A DNA stretch of 55,415 nt from Thiobacillus sp. (GTDB taxonomy: Bacteria > Pseudomonadota > Gammaproteobacteria > Burkholderiales > Thiobacillaceae): assembly GCA_019459705.1 (NCBI GenBank), contig JAIBFE010000179.1, positions 1 to 55,415 on the forward strand, written 5' to 3'. The notes under the pieces were generated by a model that worked only from the letters and a program-made list of their open reading frames with translations, was not told the origin of the DNA and ran no database searches. Positions 37,390-45,957 of the stretch are shown here, piece by piece. Position 1 is the first letter of the stretch. Each line of letters begins with the position of its first letter. Position numbers and translations under genes: made by a program.

Positions 37390-38302
37390 GCTGGCTCTCC
37401 GCACGCAGCTTTAGCAGCCACGCATCGAGGAAATACTTCACGCCCCAGCTGATCTCTCCGCCCGAAATGTATTTGGCGCCCTTGCCGTAGCTGCCGAAGA
37501 AACCGCCGGACGGGTTCTGGATTTTCTCAAGGTAGGCCATTGCGCGATCAGCCCGTTCCTTGTCGCCGAGGGTGTACCAGACGATCGCATACTGCGCCAT
37601 GCCGGTCGAGCATACCCAGTCCACATCCGGGTAGGCCGGAATGCTGCCGTCGCGGCGCTGGCATTTTTCAACGTCGGCCATGCCTCGCGCGGCCAGTTCC
37701 AGCTCGCCCATTTCGCACAAGGCTTCCATGGCATAGGCATGGAAATGCGACAGGCGGTTGAAGGGCACCAGGTCTTCCCGCTGCTTGTAATGATCGAGCA
37801 CGAGCTTCGCTGCCTCCTCATATTCCTTCACCCCCAGCAGCTTTCCAGCCTGGGCCAGCGGCGGCAGAGCGTAGGTGTGGATCAGATCGCTGGCGATGTC
37901 GGTCCACAGTTCGGTCGAGGGCGTCTTGAGGCGACCGCTGGCGTCCACTTGCGTCAGCATCCAGTCGCTCGCACGCCGCAGCGACTCCTCCGCGCCATCC
38001 ACATCGCCCAGCGCGGCGCACAGCCCGCGCATGATCTGCGCGGTGTCGAAGGTGTAGGGCACGCCATCGGGCGCCGGGAAGGCGCCATCCGGCAGCTGGA
38101 TCGACATCAGCCAGCGCGTACAGGTGCGCGCCAGCTCCTTTTCGCCCCAGTTATAAAGCGTGGGAATGAAATAGCCCGTGACCTCGGCATAGGGCACCGG
38201 CTGCCTGGTGTGCACGATGATGCCCTGGCCGGGCACCATGTTTGCCTTGAACCAGTCCATTGCCCGCTCGTGGCTGGGTTTTTTCTTCTTCCAGAAAAGC
38301 AT
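37382..38302 (-). CDS. Uncharacterised alpha/alpha-toroid protein, paralog of 18067-19281
   Basis: YAEVTGYFIPTL, WLMSIQLPDGAF, FDTAQI, CSTGMAQ, WGVKYFLDA align with the first copy; start at MLFWKK. Confidence 0.7.
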   Translation of the reverse strand: MLFWKKKKPSHERAMDWFKANMVPGQGIIVHTRQPVPYAEVTGYFIPTLYNWGEKELARTCTRWLMSIQLPDGAFPAPDGVPYTFDTAQIMRGLCAALGDVDGAEESLRRASDWMLTQVDASGRLKTPSTELWTDIASDLIHTYALPPLAQAGKLLGVKEYEEAAKLVLDHYKQREDLVPFNRLSHFHAYAMEALCEMGELELAARGMADVEKCQRRDGSIPAYPDVDWVCSTGMAQYAIVWYTLGDKERADRAMAYLEKIQNPSGGFFGSYGKGAKYISGGEISWGVKYFLDAWLLKLRAESQHA

Positions 38303-38335
38303 TGATTCCGTCCCTTGTCGTGCTGCTGCATGTAG

Positions 38336-38380
38336 ACCGCAAAGACACGAAGAGGCCCCTTGTCTCTTGCGTCTTGCGGT
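38336..38380. repeat. Imperfect intergenic inverted repeat (about 16-bp stem)
   Basis: ACCGCAAAGACACGAAGAG-gccccttgt-CTCTTGCGTCTTGCGGT; about 16 pairs, two bulges and one mismatch by hand pairing. Confidence 0.65.
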
Positions 38381-38406
38381 TGATGAATATATCCCCTTCA
38401 GGTTGC

Positions 38407-40377
38407 CTACGCGCCGGGCTCCTTGATCCGCAGTACCTGATTCGCTTTCACCGCCCGCACTTCCTGTACCACCCCGCTCGGCCACTGTACCGTGATCTTC
38501 GCTACCTGCGCATGCTTCGCCAGCCCGAAGTGGAGCCGGCTGTGGTTCTGCCCGCGTTCATGCACACCACCGTCCTGCACCCGCATCTGTGTCACGTTTC
38601 CGGCGATCACCCGCACCACTGCACCGATACCGTCGCGGTTTGAGCGGGTGCCTTCGAGGTCGATCATGATCCATTGATTGGCGTTGCCGACGTTGCGGAA
38701 AAGCTGGTAGCGACCGTTTTCCGATGGCAGGCCCAGGCTGCGGCCCATGCTGCCGCCGCTGGCGGTCAGCAGGTCGAGAAAGCCGTCGCCGTCGACGTCC
38801 GCCGTGGTAGCCGAATCGCCCACGCCAAGCAGCGAGCCCGACGCACCGCCGGCGTGGCGCACCACTTCGAACGTGCCTTTGCCATTGTTCAGCAGCAGCA
38901 GGTTCGCCGTTTTGCCCGCGTCGCCCGAGCCGAGCACGAAAATATCCAGGTCCATGTCGTTGTCGAAATCGCCCGCGACAGCATTTGTCGCCGCGATCGG
39001 CAGGGCGTTCACGCCGCGCTTGTCGCTTTCCTCGACCAGCTTGCCGCCGCGATTCATGAACAGTCGTTGCGGCGCGGTCTCGTCTTTTGCGGCGTCACCA
39101 AGCGCCTCGATATCCTTGATCGGAGCGGTCGAGGCAATGCGGATCGAGAGATAGCGTGGCTTGCTCTTGCCTCCGAACACCTCGGGCTGGGCATGGAATT
39201 CAACCTGCCAATGCCCCGGCCTGGGGCTGCCGATCAGCACGGCGGGGCGGTCGCCGCCGGGCGGCTTCGGCAGGCCGTGCACGGCATCGGCAGCCAGTTC
39301 GAATTCGAGGGTTGCCGGTCGTGTAGCCTGTTCGCCGAGCTTCACGTCGGCCGGCACGAGGTCGCCGGTGTGCTGCCCAGCCAGGGTCACCTTCAGGGCG
39401 CCCGCGGTGTCGAAGCGGAAGGCCGTCGGCTCCCTGGCGTTTTGCAGCGTCAGTTCGATCTGAGCTGTCAGCGCGCCTTCGCCGGCGCGCGCAAGCGCAA
39501 CCCGTCCGCCGGGATTCTTGCGCGCCATGAACAGGTCGACCTTGCCGTCATTGTCGAAATCGCCGGCGACCACATCCTCGAACGCGGTGTTGGGCAACAA
39601 ATCGAGCGTGCGTGCGGGCGAAGTGCGGGTATCGAATACCTGCAGCGGTCGGTCCTTGCCCATCAGGCGGCAGACGATCTCGGGATGGTGATCGTCGTTC
39701 AATGCGGTCAGCACGCAAAACGGCGCCGAACGCGAATCGGGCTTGAACCGAGGCGTGGCGTCGACAAAGCGTCCGTCCTGCTGGGCGAACACGAAGGGCG
39801 GCGTCAGTTCGTCCAGGCGGGCTTCCGCACCCTGGAAAAGATCGAGCTTGCCGTCCTGGTCGATATCCAGCCACAGCGGCATGCGGGTGCGCCCCGGCGG
39901 ATTGTCGACACCCAGTTCGACCGCACGCTCGACCAGCTTGTCGCCTTCGTTGACGAACAGCCGCTTGGGTTCAACCCCGACCCCCTGGATCGCCCCGGTC
40001 AACTGCGCCAGGTCGAGCCTCCCGTCGTTGTTGAAGTCGGCCCACGCTGCGCCATGCTTGTCGCCACCGAGATCGTTCGGGTTGATCACCTCGGTCGTCA
40101 CGTTGGCCAGGCGGCCGCCGCCCAGATTGCGGAACAACATCGCCTGCCCGAGGTGGTTGGTGACATACACGTCGGCCCGCCCATCGCCGTCGTAGTCGCC
40201 CCAGGCGACGCCATGGGTCATTCCCTCGTAAGTGGCCAGCCCGGACTGGGCCGTGATGTCCTCGAACACGGTGAGCGATTTTTCGGACGGCGAGCATCCC
40301 CCCATGAACGGCAACGCCACGAGCAACGCGGTGCTGAGCATTCCTGGCCGCAAATAACCGATTCGTGTTCTGATCAT
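38407..40377 (-). CDS. CRTAC1/ASPIC-UnbV family FG-GAP beta-propeller lipoprotein
   Basis: Lipobox-like FMGG-C; six D-x-D/N-x-D-G-x2-D-type repeats (one DFDNDMDLD); C-terminal LHFGL...ITVQWPSG; start 40377 or GTG 40383. Confidence 0.85.
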   Translation of the reverse strand: MIRTRIGYLRPGMLSTALLVALPFMGGCSPSEKSLTVFEDITAQSGLATYEGMTHGVAWGDYDGDGRADVYVTNHLGQAMLFRNLGGGRLANVTTEVINPNDLGGDKHGAAWADFNNDGRLDLAQLTGAIQGVGVEPKRLFVNEGDKLVERAVELGVDNPPGRTRMPLWLDIDQDGKLDLFQGAEARLDELTPPFVFAQQDGRFVDATPRFKPDSRSAPFCVLTALNDDHHPEIVCRLMGKDRPLQVFDTRTSPARTLDLLPNTAFEDVVAGDFDNDGKVDLFMARKNPGGRVALARAGEGALTAQIELTLQNAREPTAFRFDTAGALKVTLAGQHTGDLVPADVKLGEQATRPATLEFELAADAVHGLPKPPGGDRPAVLIGSPRPGHWQVEFHAQPEVFGGKSKPRYLSIRIASTAPIKDIEALGDAAKDETAPQRLFMNRGGKLVEESDKRGVNALPIAATNAVAGDFDNDMDLDIFVLGSGDAGKTANLLLLNNGKGTFEVVRHAGGASGSLLGVGDSATTADVDGDGFLDLLTASGGSMGRSLGLPSENGRYQLFRNVGNANQWIMIDLEGTRSNRDGIGAVVRVIAGNVTQMRVQDGGVHERGQNHSRLHFGLAKHAQVAKITVQWPSGVVQEVRAVKANQVLRIKEPGA

Positions 40378-40412
40378 GTTCACACCTTGCTTCGTGCTGT
40401 TGAAAGAGTGGG

Positions 40413-41297
40413 CTATTCAGCTTGCCGAATGTGGGGTTTGATTTTTTCCAGATCGCTGAACATTTTCCACCGCTCCTCATAAAAGCGCGGGCGCGACTGA
40501 TGCAGGGCCACCCCCGGGCTGGCTTCGGAGGCGCACTCCCAGATCTGCCCGATCTGGTGAATCTGCGGCTTCTTGTTACCGGAAAAACTCAAAACGATAT
40601 CTTCGCCGTTCATCAGGGTTTTTTGATCCGTGATGCCGAGCAATGCGCACAGCCTGAAATATTCCTCCAGGTGCTCCTGGGTAAAGGCAAACAATCCGTT
40701 CAGTATGTCGACCGAGGCGTCGGCGTTTCTTCGATGAACGAAGGGCCATTCCTGCCCGGGGTTCTTGTCGGCAGAAAACGCCGCGCCAAAAATGCCGTGC
40801 GGGCGTTCGGCTGACTGCCGCAGGTTCCAGTAGATCCACTGCAACTGTGCAGGATGCAGAAAGATATCGTCATCGACCCGCAGGTAATAGCGCGATGGAT
40901 ACTCGCGCGCCAGTTCGAAGCTGATCCCCACTCCGGAGGGCTCAGGCTGATCGAGCAGAACGAGCCGCGGGTCCCTGACCTTGATGAACTTTCCGATCGG
41001 GTATTCCTGGCTGTTGTTCGAGATGATCAGCCTGCCGACGAAGCCTGCACGCAGCACGTATTGGGCAATCTGCCCGACGTTTGCCGGGCGCTTGTGGTTC
41101 AGCACGATCACGGTCAGTTTTTCGCTCTCGGGAATGCCGCTGCCGGCCAAGGGGGATGCGGTCGCGCTCTGATGACGCCAGAGCATTTCATTGGACAGCC
41201 GGATGAAAGTGCGCAGTCTGCTCACCGGCGACAAATCTTTAAGATTGTTCCAGGTGGTCCTGAATTGATAGCGCCAGAATGTGTCGAGTGATGGCAT
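40413..41297 (-). CDS. GT-A glycosyltransferase resembling GT64 (EXTL2-like) / GT45
   Basis: LTVIVLNHKR, LRVDDDI (DxD), HG.FG, MNGEDIVLSF (compare NCEDIxMNF of exostosin GT64 domains), late LH..R..R. Confidence 0.5.
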   Translation of the reverse strand: MPSLDTFWRYQFRTTWNNLKDLSPVSRLRTFIRLSNEMLWRHQSATASPLAGSGIPESEKLTVIVLNHKRPANVGQIAQYVLRAGFVGRLIISNNSQEYPIGKFIKVRDPRLVLLDQPEPSGVGISFELAREYPSRYYLRVDDDIFLHPAQLQWIYWNLRQSAERPHGIFGAAFSADKNPGQEWPFVHRRNADASVDILNGLFAFTQEHLEEYFRLCALLGITDQKTLMNGEDIVLSFSGNKKPQIHQIGQIWECASEASPGVALHQSRPRFYEERWKMFSDLEKIKPHIRQAE

Positions 41298-41331
41298 GGG
41301 AGGCTTTCGAGCAGTCCTTATTTTTTGCGAT

Positions 41332-42375
41332 TTACTCGGGTCCGGGCACGGATGCCGGAATGGCTGCGTCAGCAACCTTTGGGGTTGCCTTCTTGGCTAG
41401 CTGTCGGACCACGGGTGGGCAATCCCCGAATCGGCGCAACCAGAAATCACGCACGCCAAGAAAAAAAGCCAGATTGCGCGGATCCCTATAGGCACTGCGC
41501 ACGGTCCACCACCACCCTTTCGGGGTGAAGGGGCCGCGATGCCCGGTTCCGGTCAGCGGAAGTATAAACTTGTCAAAAAGCGAACGAAGCGCCGCTGCAT
41601 GCACACGCAGACGCTGGATCACGCCGGCGTGCCGCCTAGCCCACAGCAAACGGTTGCGGGTTTGGAAATACAGGGCGAGTGGAGAATTCTCACCGCCGAA
41701 CGAGACCGACACCTTGTGCCACAACTTTGCGTCCGGGACAAAGATTGATGGATAACCGGCTTCCTTAGCCCTGTAACACCAGTCCGTTTCCTCGAGGCAA
41801 AGGAAGAAATCGTCATCCAGCAGCCCGATCTCGCGCAGCCGCTCGGCCGGCATGAAGAATGCGCAGCCAATGGCGGTGTCCGTTTCCCGCACGGCAGAAT
41901 AGGTTGTGTCGTCATCCAACTTCCCCTTCCCGATTTGCTCGAAGTGCGTTGCTTTTGCATTCCACTGCGAGCCGGCATACCAGATGCGGTTTGGCTCGGC
42001 ATGGTAGTAAATCTTTCCGCTGAACACCCCCGCATCGGGAAAGCGCTTCGCCGCCGCGACAAACGCATCCAGCATCCCGGGATCGACTTCGGTATCGTTA
42101 TTCAGCAGAAACACATAATCGGCGCCATTTTCCAGCGCACGCTTGATGCCAACATTGTTGCCCCCGGCGAAACCCAGGTTGGCGCCGGTTTCGATGAGTT
42201 CGACTTCTGGGAAGGCTGTGCGGATGGCGGCCACTGAATTGTCGGCCGATCCATTGTCGACCATGATCACCCGAAAATTCGGATAGGCGATCTTCCCGAT
42301 GGATTCCAGGCAGGCGAGTGTGTCGTCGCGCCCGTTCCAGTTGAGAACGACGATGGAAATAGAAGGCTGATTCAT
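41332..42375 (-). CDS. GT2 glycosyltransferase (WbbL/rhamnosyltransferase-like subfamily)
   Basis: VVLNWN, VDNGS.D, NLGFAGGNN.G, LLNND, EETDWC.R, WHKVS.S, RNR. Confidence 0.9.
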   Translation of the reverse strand: MNQPSISIVVLNWNGRDDTLACLESIGKIAYPNFRVIMVDNGSADNSVAAIRTAFPEVELIETGANLGFAGGNNVGIKRALENGADYVFLLNNDTEVDPGMLDAFVAAAKRFPDAGVFSGKIYYHAEPNRIWYAGSQWNAKATHFEQIGKGKLDDDTTYSAVRETDTAIGCAFFMPAERLREIGLLDDDFFLCLEETDWCYRAKEAGYPSIFVPDAKLWHKVSVSFGGENSPLALYFQTRNRLLWARRHAGVIQRLRVHAAALRSLFDKFILPLTGTGHRGPFTPKGWWWTVRSAYRDPRNLAFFLGVRDFWLRRFGDCPPVVRQLAKKATPKVADAAIPASVPGPE

Positions 42376-42397
42376 GCAGGGGAAAAGTTAATAACGA

Positions 42398-43639
42398 TCA
42401 GGCATGGAAATAGTTTTCACCTTGTAACACCCACTGCACGGGGACTGCAACGAGACGAAGCTCATCCTGCAAAGGGGCGTCCATGGATTTAGCTACCACA
42501 TTGAAAAACTTGAGGCTTTCGCCATGAAATACGACACGGCCGCGCTGATCGATAACTGCAAAACGGATGCCATAAGTGCCAGGTACCAATGGGTAGACGG
42601 ATATGATCTGCTCGATTTCGTGGTCGCCTGCAGGAAATTCATGTGACTGATCCAATACTGCAGTGGATTCGCCTGTGAGGTATATGAAGTCAGTTGTATG
42701 AGTGCCGACGTGGAACTCTGGATTTGATAGCGGTAGATTGAGCGTAAATCGTATCCGGATCCGCAATGCGCTCCCTTCAATGAACGAATCGCTTACTTTG
42801 CTTTGTGAATCGAGTACTGCAACTTCGACGTTTTGTATTTCGCCTGATGAGATGATTCGCTTCGAGCTGTCTTTGGCTTTTTGATCACGGATTGTTTGGT
42901 TGCTGAGCTGGTAAAAGCGATCACACGTGGCGTGCGGCTCACCATCCTGAAGAATTGTGCCGTGGTTTAACAGCATCACTCGGGAGCACATCCTTTCCAC
43001 TTGCCGAATGTTGTGACTCACAATAAGAACTGTCCGATTGTTTCCCCTGATCAATTCGCTCATGCGGTCAAAGCATTTTCGCTGAAACGCCAAATCGCCA
43101 ACCGCGAGTACCTCATCCACGATCAGGATCTCTGATTCCACGCTGGTAGCCACTGCAAAAGCAAGCTTGACCTGCATGCCTGAGCTGTAGCGCTTGACCG
43201 GTGTGTCGATGAATTCAGCCATTTCGGCGAAATCCACGATTTCGTCCAGCTTGCGGTCGATTTCATTTTTTGACATGCCTAGGATGGCGCCATTGAGATA
43301 GACGTTCTCGCGGCCAGTGAAATCGGGCACGAACCCGGCGCCGACTTCAATCAGGGGGGCCACTCGGCCATTGACCTTGACAGTCCCGTGAGTGGGAGTG
43401 CTGATCTTGGCAAGCATCTTGAGAAGGGTTGATTTCCCCGCTCCATTGTGCCCGATGATGCCAACCACCTCACCCTGCTCGATGGAAAAGCTCATGTCAT
43501 CAAGGGCCTTGAAAAGCGGGCGCTCCGGTACTTTTTTTCCGATCAGTCGGGCCCCGGTGTTGAGCAGGGTCTTCTTCAAGCCCTGCAGGGCGCCGAGGCG
43601 GTACTCTTTAGTCAAATGGCTAACTTCAATGGCAGACAT
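42398..43639 (-). CDS. wzt: Polysaccharide ABC exporter ATP-binding subunit with C-terminal Wzt_C-like domain
   Basis: GHNGAGKST, YSSGM, ILIVDEVLAVGD, IVSH; about 150-aa beta-rich tail (LVPGTY). Confidence 0.92.
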   Translation of the reverse strand: MSAIEVSHLTKEYRLGALQGLKKTLLNTGARLIGKKVPERPLFKALDDMSFSIEQGEVVGIIGHNGAGKSTLLKMLAKISTPTHGTVKVNGRVAPLIEVGAGFVPDFTGRENVYLNGAILGMSKNEIDRKLDEIVDFAEMAEFIDTPVKRYSSGMQVKLAFAVATSVESEILIVDEVLAVGDLAFQRKCFDRMSELIRGNNRTVLIVSHNIRQVERMCSRVMLLNHGTILQDGEPHATCDRFYQLSNQTIRDQKAKDSSKRIISSGEIQNVEVAVLDSQSKVSDSFIEGSALRIRIRFTLNLPLSNPEFHVGTHTTDFIYLTGESTAVLDQSHEFPAGDHEIEQIISVYPLVPGTYGIRFAVIDQRGRVVFHGESLKFFNVVAKSMDAPLQDELRLVAVPVQWVLQGENYFHA

Positions 43640-43780
43640 GGCGCTTAATCAATCTAAACAAATGTTGAAGTGTGGATCACGGCAATTCGCTTGCGTTGGA
43701 AGATCTTGCAAGTCACTGGGTTTTTGCGACAGGAAAAACATCACTGCCATCGAAACTCCTCAGCTCATTGGTGATATGTA

Positions 43781-43797
43781 AGCAGGAAACGTGCCGA
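43781..43797 (-). promoter_or_regulatory. Putative sigma-54 promoter upstream of wzt
   Basis: Minus strand TCGGCACGTTTCCTGCT = GG-N10-GC with GGCACG core, in the 197-bp gap before wzt. Confidence 0.55.
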
Positions 43798-43836
43798 AAC
43801 TGGCAGGCTTCGCGGACTAATGCGATAACTTGGGCA

Positions 43837-44637
43837 TCATGGTATGGCATTCGTCGTTTCGCTCTCGCTGGGCTTTAGCGTCATCAAGACTTCAATGTAT
43901 TCGGCCCTGATTCCATTGCTAATGTCGTCTATATAAATGACGTTGGTGAAAAGGCCGCTTGATTCATAAATGTGTCGGCAGATATCGAATCCCCAATCCA
44001 TGGTTACTAATGAACCACGGTCATTAATCGGATTGCCGTGGTATACAGGTGGTTCCAGATGGAAAATCCGGCCATCACCACTCACTTGCGCACGGACTGA
44101 AGAGGGCTTTGTCTTGTTCACAATGGGTACGGTGAAGATGTGAGCACCTCCAGGTTTCAGAGTACGGGAAATTTCGCTGAAAACCTTCGAAGGGTGGAAG
44201 ACATGTTCCAAAACATCCTGCGTTACATGTAAATCAATGCTTTCATCCTCAAATGTAAGCGCTCCGAGGTTCTCGCAACGATATTTACCGATAATGTTTC
44301 CCGGTTTCTTGTCAGGGAAAAACTGGGTTGGAATGTATTTGCCGCATTCCCGGGAAAGTCTTTTGCTTGCACCGCGATCACCTGGCGAGGACTCATGGAT
44401 GGTCAACTCACGCCAATTTGGAAAGTGCGTTTCGATGGTCCGCATTAGGGCGCGTTCCCGCGGGATGCTGCCGCAGTTTGAGCAGCAATAATGGTCCCTA
44501 AGCCAAGGGTTTCGAGCAACGAAAGTGACATCCTGTTCACATGTGGGGCAGTACCCGGGATTCTTAAGAACCGGCACTCGCTTTCTCTTGTTTAAGAGCG
44601 CCCAGTACAGCTTTTTCATGTTCCCGATCATTGCCAC
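43837..44637 (-). CDS. Class I SAM-dependent methyltransferase-like protein with N-terminal CxxC/CxxC
   Basis: CPTC...CSNCGS.PRER, LTFEDESIDL..TQDVLEHV, LKPGG.HIFTVP, YHGNP; GGAGAGG RBS before GTG. Confidence 0.85.
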   Translation of the reverse strand: MAMIGNMKKLYWALLNKRKRVPVLKNPGYCPTCEQDVTFVARNPWLRDHYCCSNCGSIPRERALMRTIETHFPNWRELTIHESSPGDRGASKRLSRECGKYIPTQFFPDKKPGNIIGKYRCENLGALTFEDESIDLHVTQDVLEHVFHPSKVFSEISRTLKPGGAHIFTVPIVNKTKPSSVRAQVSGDGRIFHLEPPVYHGNPINDRGSLVTMDWGFDICRHIYESSGLFTNVIYIDDISNGIRAEYIEVLMTLKPSESETTNAIP

Positions 44638-44743
44638 GTTGCCTCTCCTAAGATGGCTTGAAAATCCCTGCGGCGGTCTCTAATGCTGTCCGGCGTCGTA
44701 CGGATTCCCAATTAACCGGTTGGCAAGCCGATGCGTACTGCGG

Positions 44744-45871
44744 CTATAAAGCACCCCCATCCACTTGGGTAAGGTGTTCTTGCGAACACCCGGCGGCGAG
44801 AGCGACACGCGTGGCTTCCAGGTACGCCCGCCCCCATTTGAGGTCCGGTTCAAGATGATTGCCTTCAGCCCATTCATTCCAGGCATTGATGAATAGCAAT
44901 TGCTCGTCTCCCTGAAAATGCTCACGTGTTTGTGTGGCCATTTTTTCTAGCCAGCCCTGATACAGGGTGGGGGTGGAGTTGATTGTTATCCAGGCATGCT
45001 GCTTGCGGCGTGCGCTGTTGTCCCACATGGGGGTGACGCAGCGAAAACGTTTGAACTCGGGCAATGGGCGGGAAGCCATGCTTTGAGCGAGGTCGTTGTA
45101 GTCAACGATGCGGTTCTGCGCGTAGGCACGCTTAGCGATGCCGAACTTTCCGAGAAACCCGGACCAGCCATTATGAAAGCGCCGCTTGGTCATGCCGTCT
45201 GCGTCCGGTGCAAATTCGACCGCGGCGTCGAAACCAATTGAGGCGGGATCGATGTCTCTTGCGAATCTCTCGACACGGACCAGATAGAGGTCGCCTATGC
45301 CCGACCGGATTGCGGCTTCCCGCCATATCTCGGCTGTGCGCTTGGGGTCGGGGAGCAGACCCGTCCGGTAAACCAGAAAAACTGGTTTTCCATTGACGCG
45401 AATATAACGGGGGTCTCGAAATGCCGGCATCAGGCTGTTGATGTGTTCGAGATCGTCTTCGTGGCTGTAGTTCTGGCCAAGAAGAATGTTCTTCTCGCCG
45501 CCATCCCAGGCGCGCGTCCAGTTCTCGTTCGCCCAGCACAGGCAAAAAGGGAGCCCCGGTTTGCCGCTGGCGAGCACGTCGTTGAACGGGCGCTCAAGCA
45601 CCCGGCGGCCGTTGAACCAGTAGTGGTAATAGCAGAAGCCGTGAATACCATACTGGCGGGCGAGATTCGCCTGTTCTTCACGTGCCTCGGGTAGCCGCAG
45701 ATCATAGAAACCCAGATCGGCGGGCAAGTGGGGTTGGTAATGGCCGGGAAAGAGCGGGCGCGCCTTTGCGACGTTTCGCCACTCGGTAAAGCCTTTTCCC
45801 CACCATTCGTCGTTTTCTGGGATGGGGTGATACTGGGGGAGGTAGAAGGCGATTGCTCGCAGGTCGTTCAA
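44744..45871 (-). CDS. WbsX-like glycosyltransferase / GH99-like domain protein
   Basis: IAFYLPQYH.IPENDEWWG.GFTEW, LGFYDLR, FCYYHYWF, CWANENW, WDN.AR, INAWNEW.EG.HLEPD. Confidence 0.9.
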   Translation of the reverse strand: MNDLRAIAFYLPQYHPIPENDEWWGKGFTEWRNVAKARPLFPGHYQPHLPADLGFYDLRLPEAREEQANLARQYGIHGFCYYHYWFNGRRVLERPFNDVLASGKPGLPFCLCWANENWTRAWDGGEKNILLGQNYSHEDDLEHINSLMPAFRDPRYIRVNGKPVFLVYRTGLLPDPKRTAEIWREAAIRSGIGDLYLVRVERFARDIDPASIGFDAAVEFAPDADGMTKRRFHNGWSGFLGKFGIAKRAYAQNRIVDYNDLAQSMASRPLPEFKRFRCVTPMWDNSARRKQHAWITINSTPTLYQGWLEKMATQTREHFQGDEQLLFINAWNEWAEGNHLEPDLKWGRAYLEATRVALAAGCSQEHLTQVDGGAL

Positions 45872-45957
45872 GATGTATCCCTTTGGCGATCTGATGCGCT
45901 TTGTTGTGGGTGTGTTGCAGGCTGGGGGGCGCCACGCTTCAATTTACTCATTTTTCG

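Noticed and set aside
43740-43769. Weak inverted similarity to the wzt 5' end
   Set aside because: Only about 18 of 30 identities, consistent with chance.
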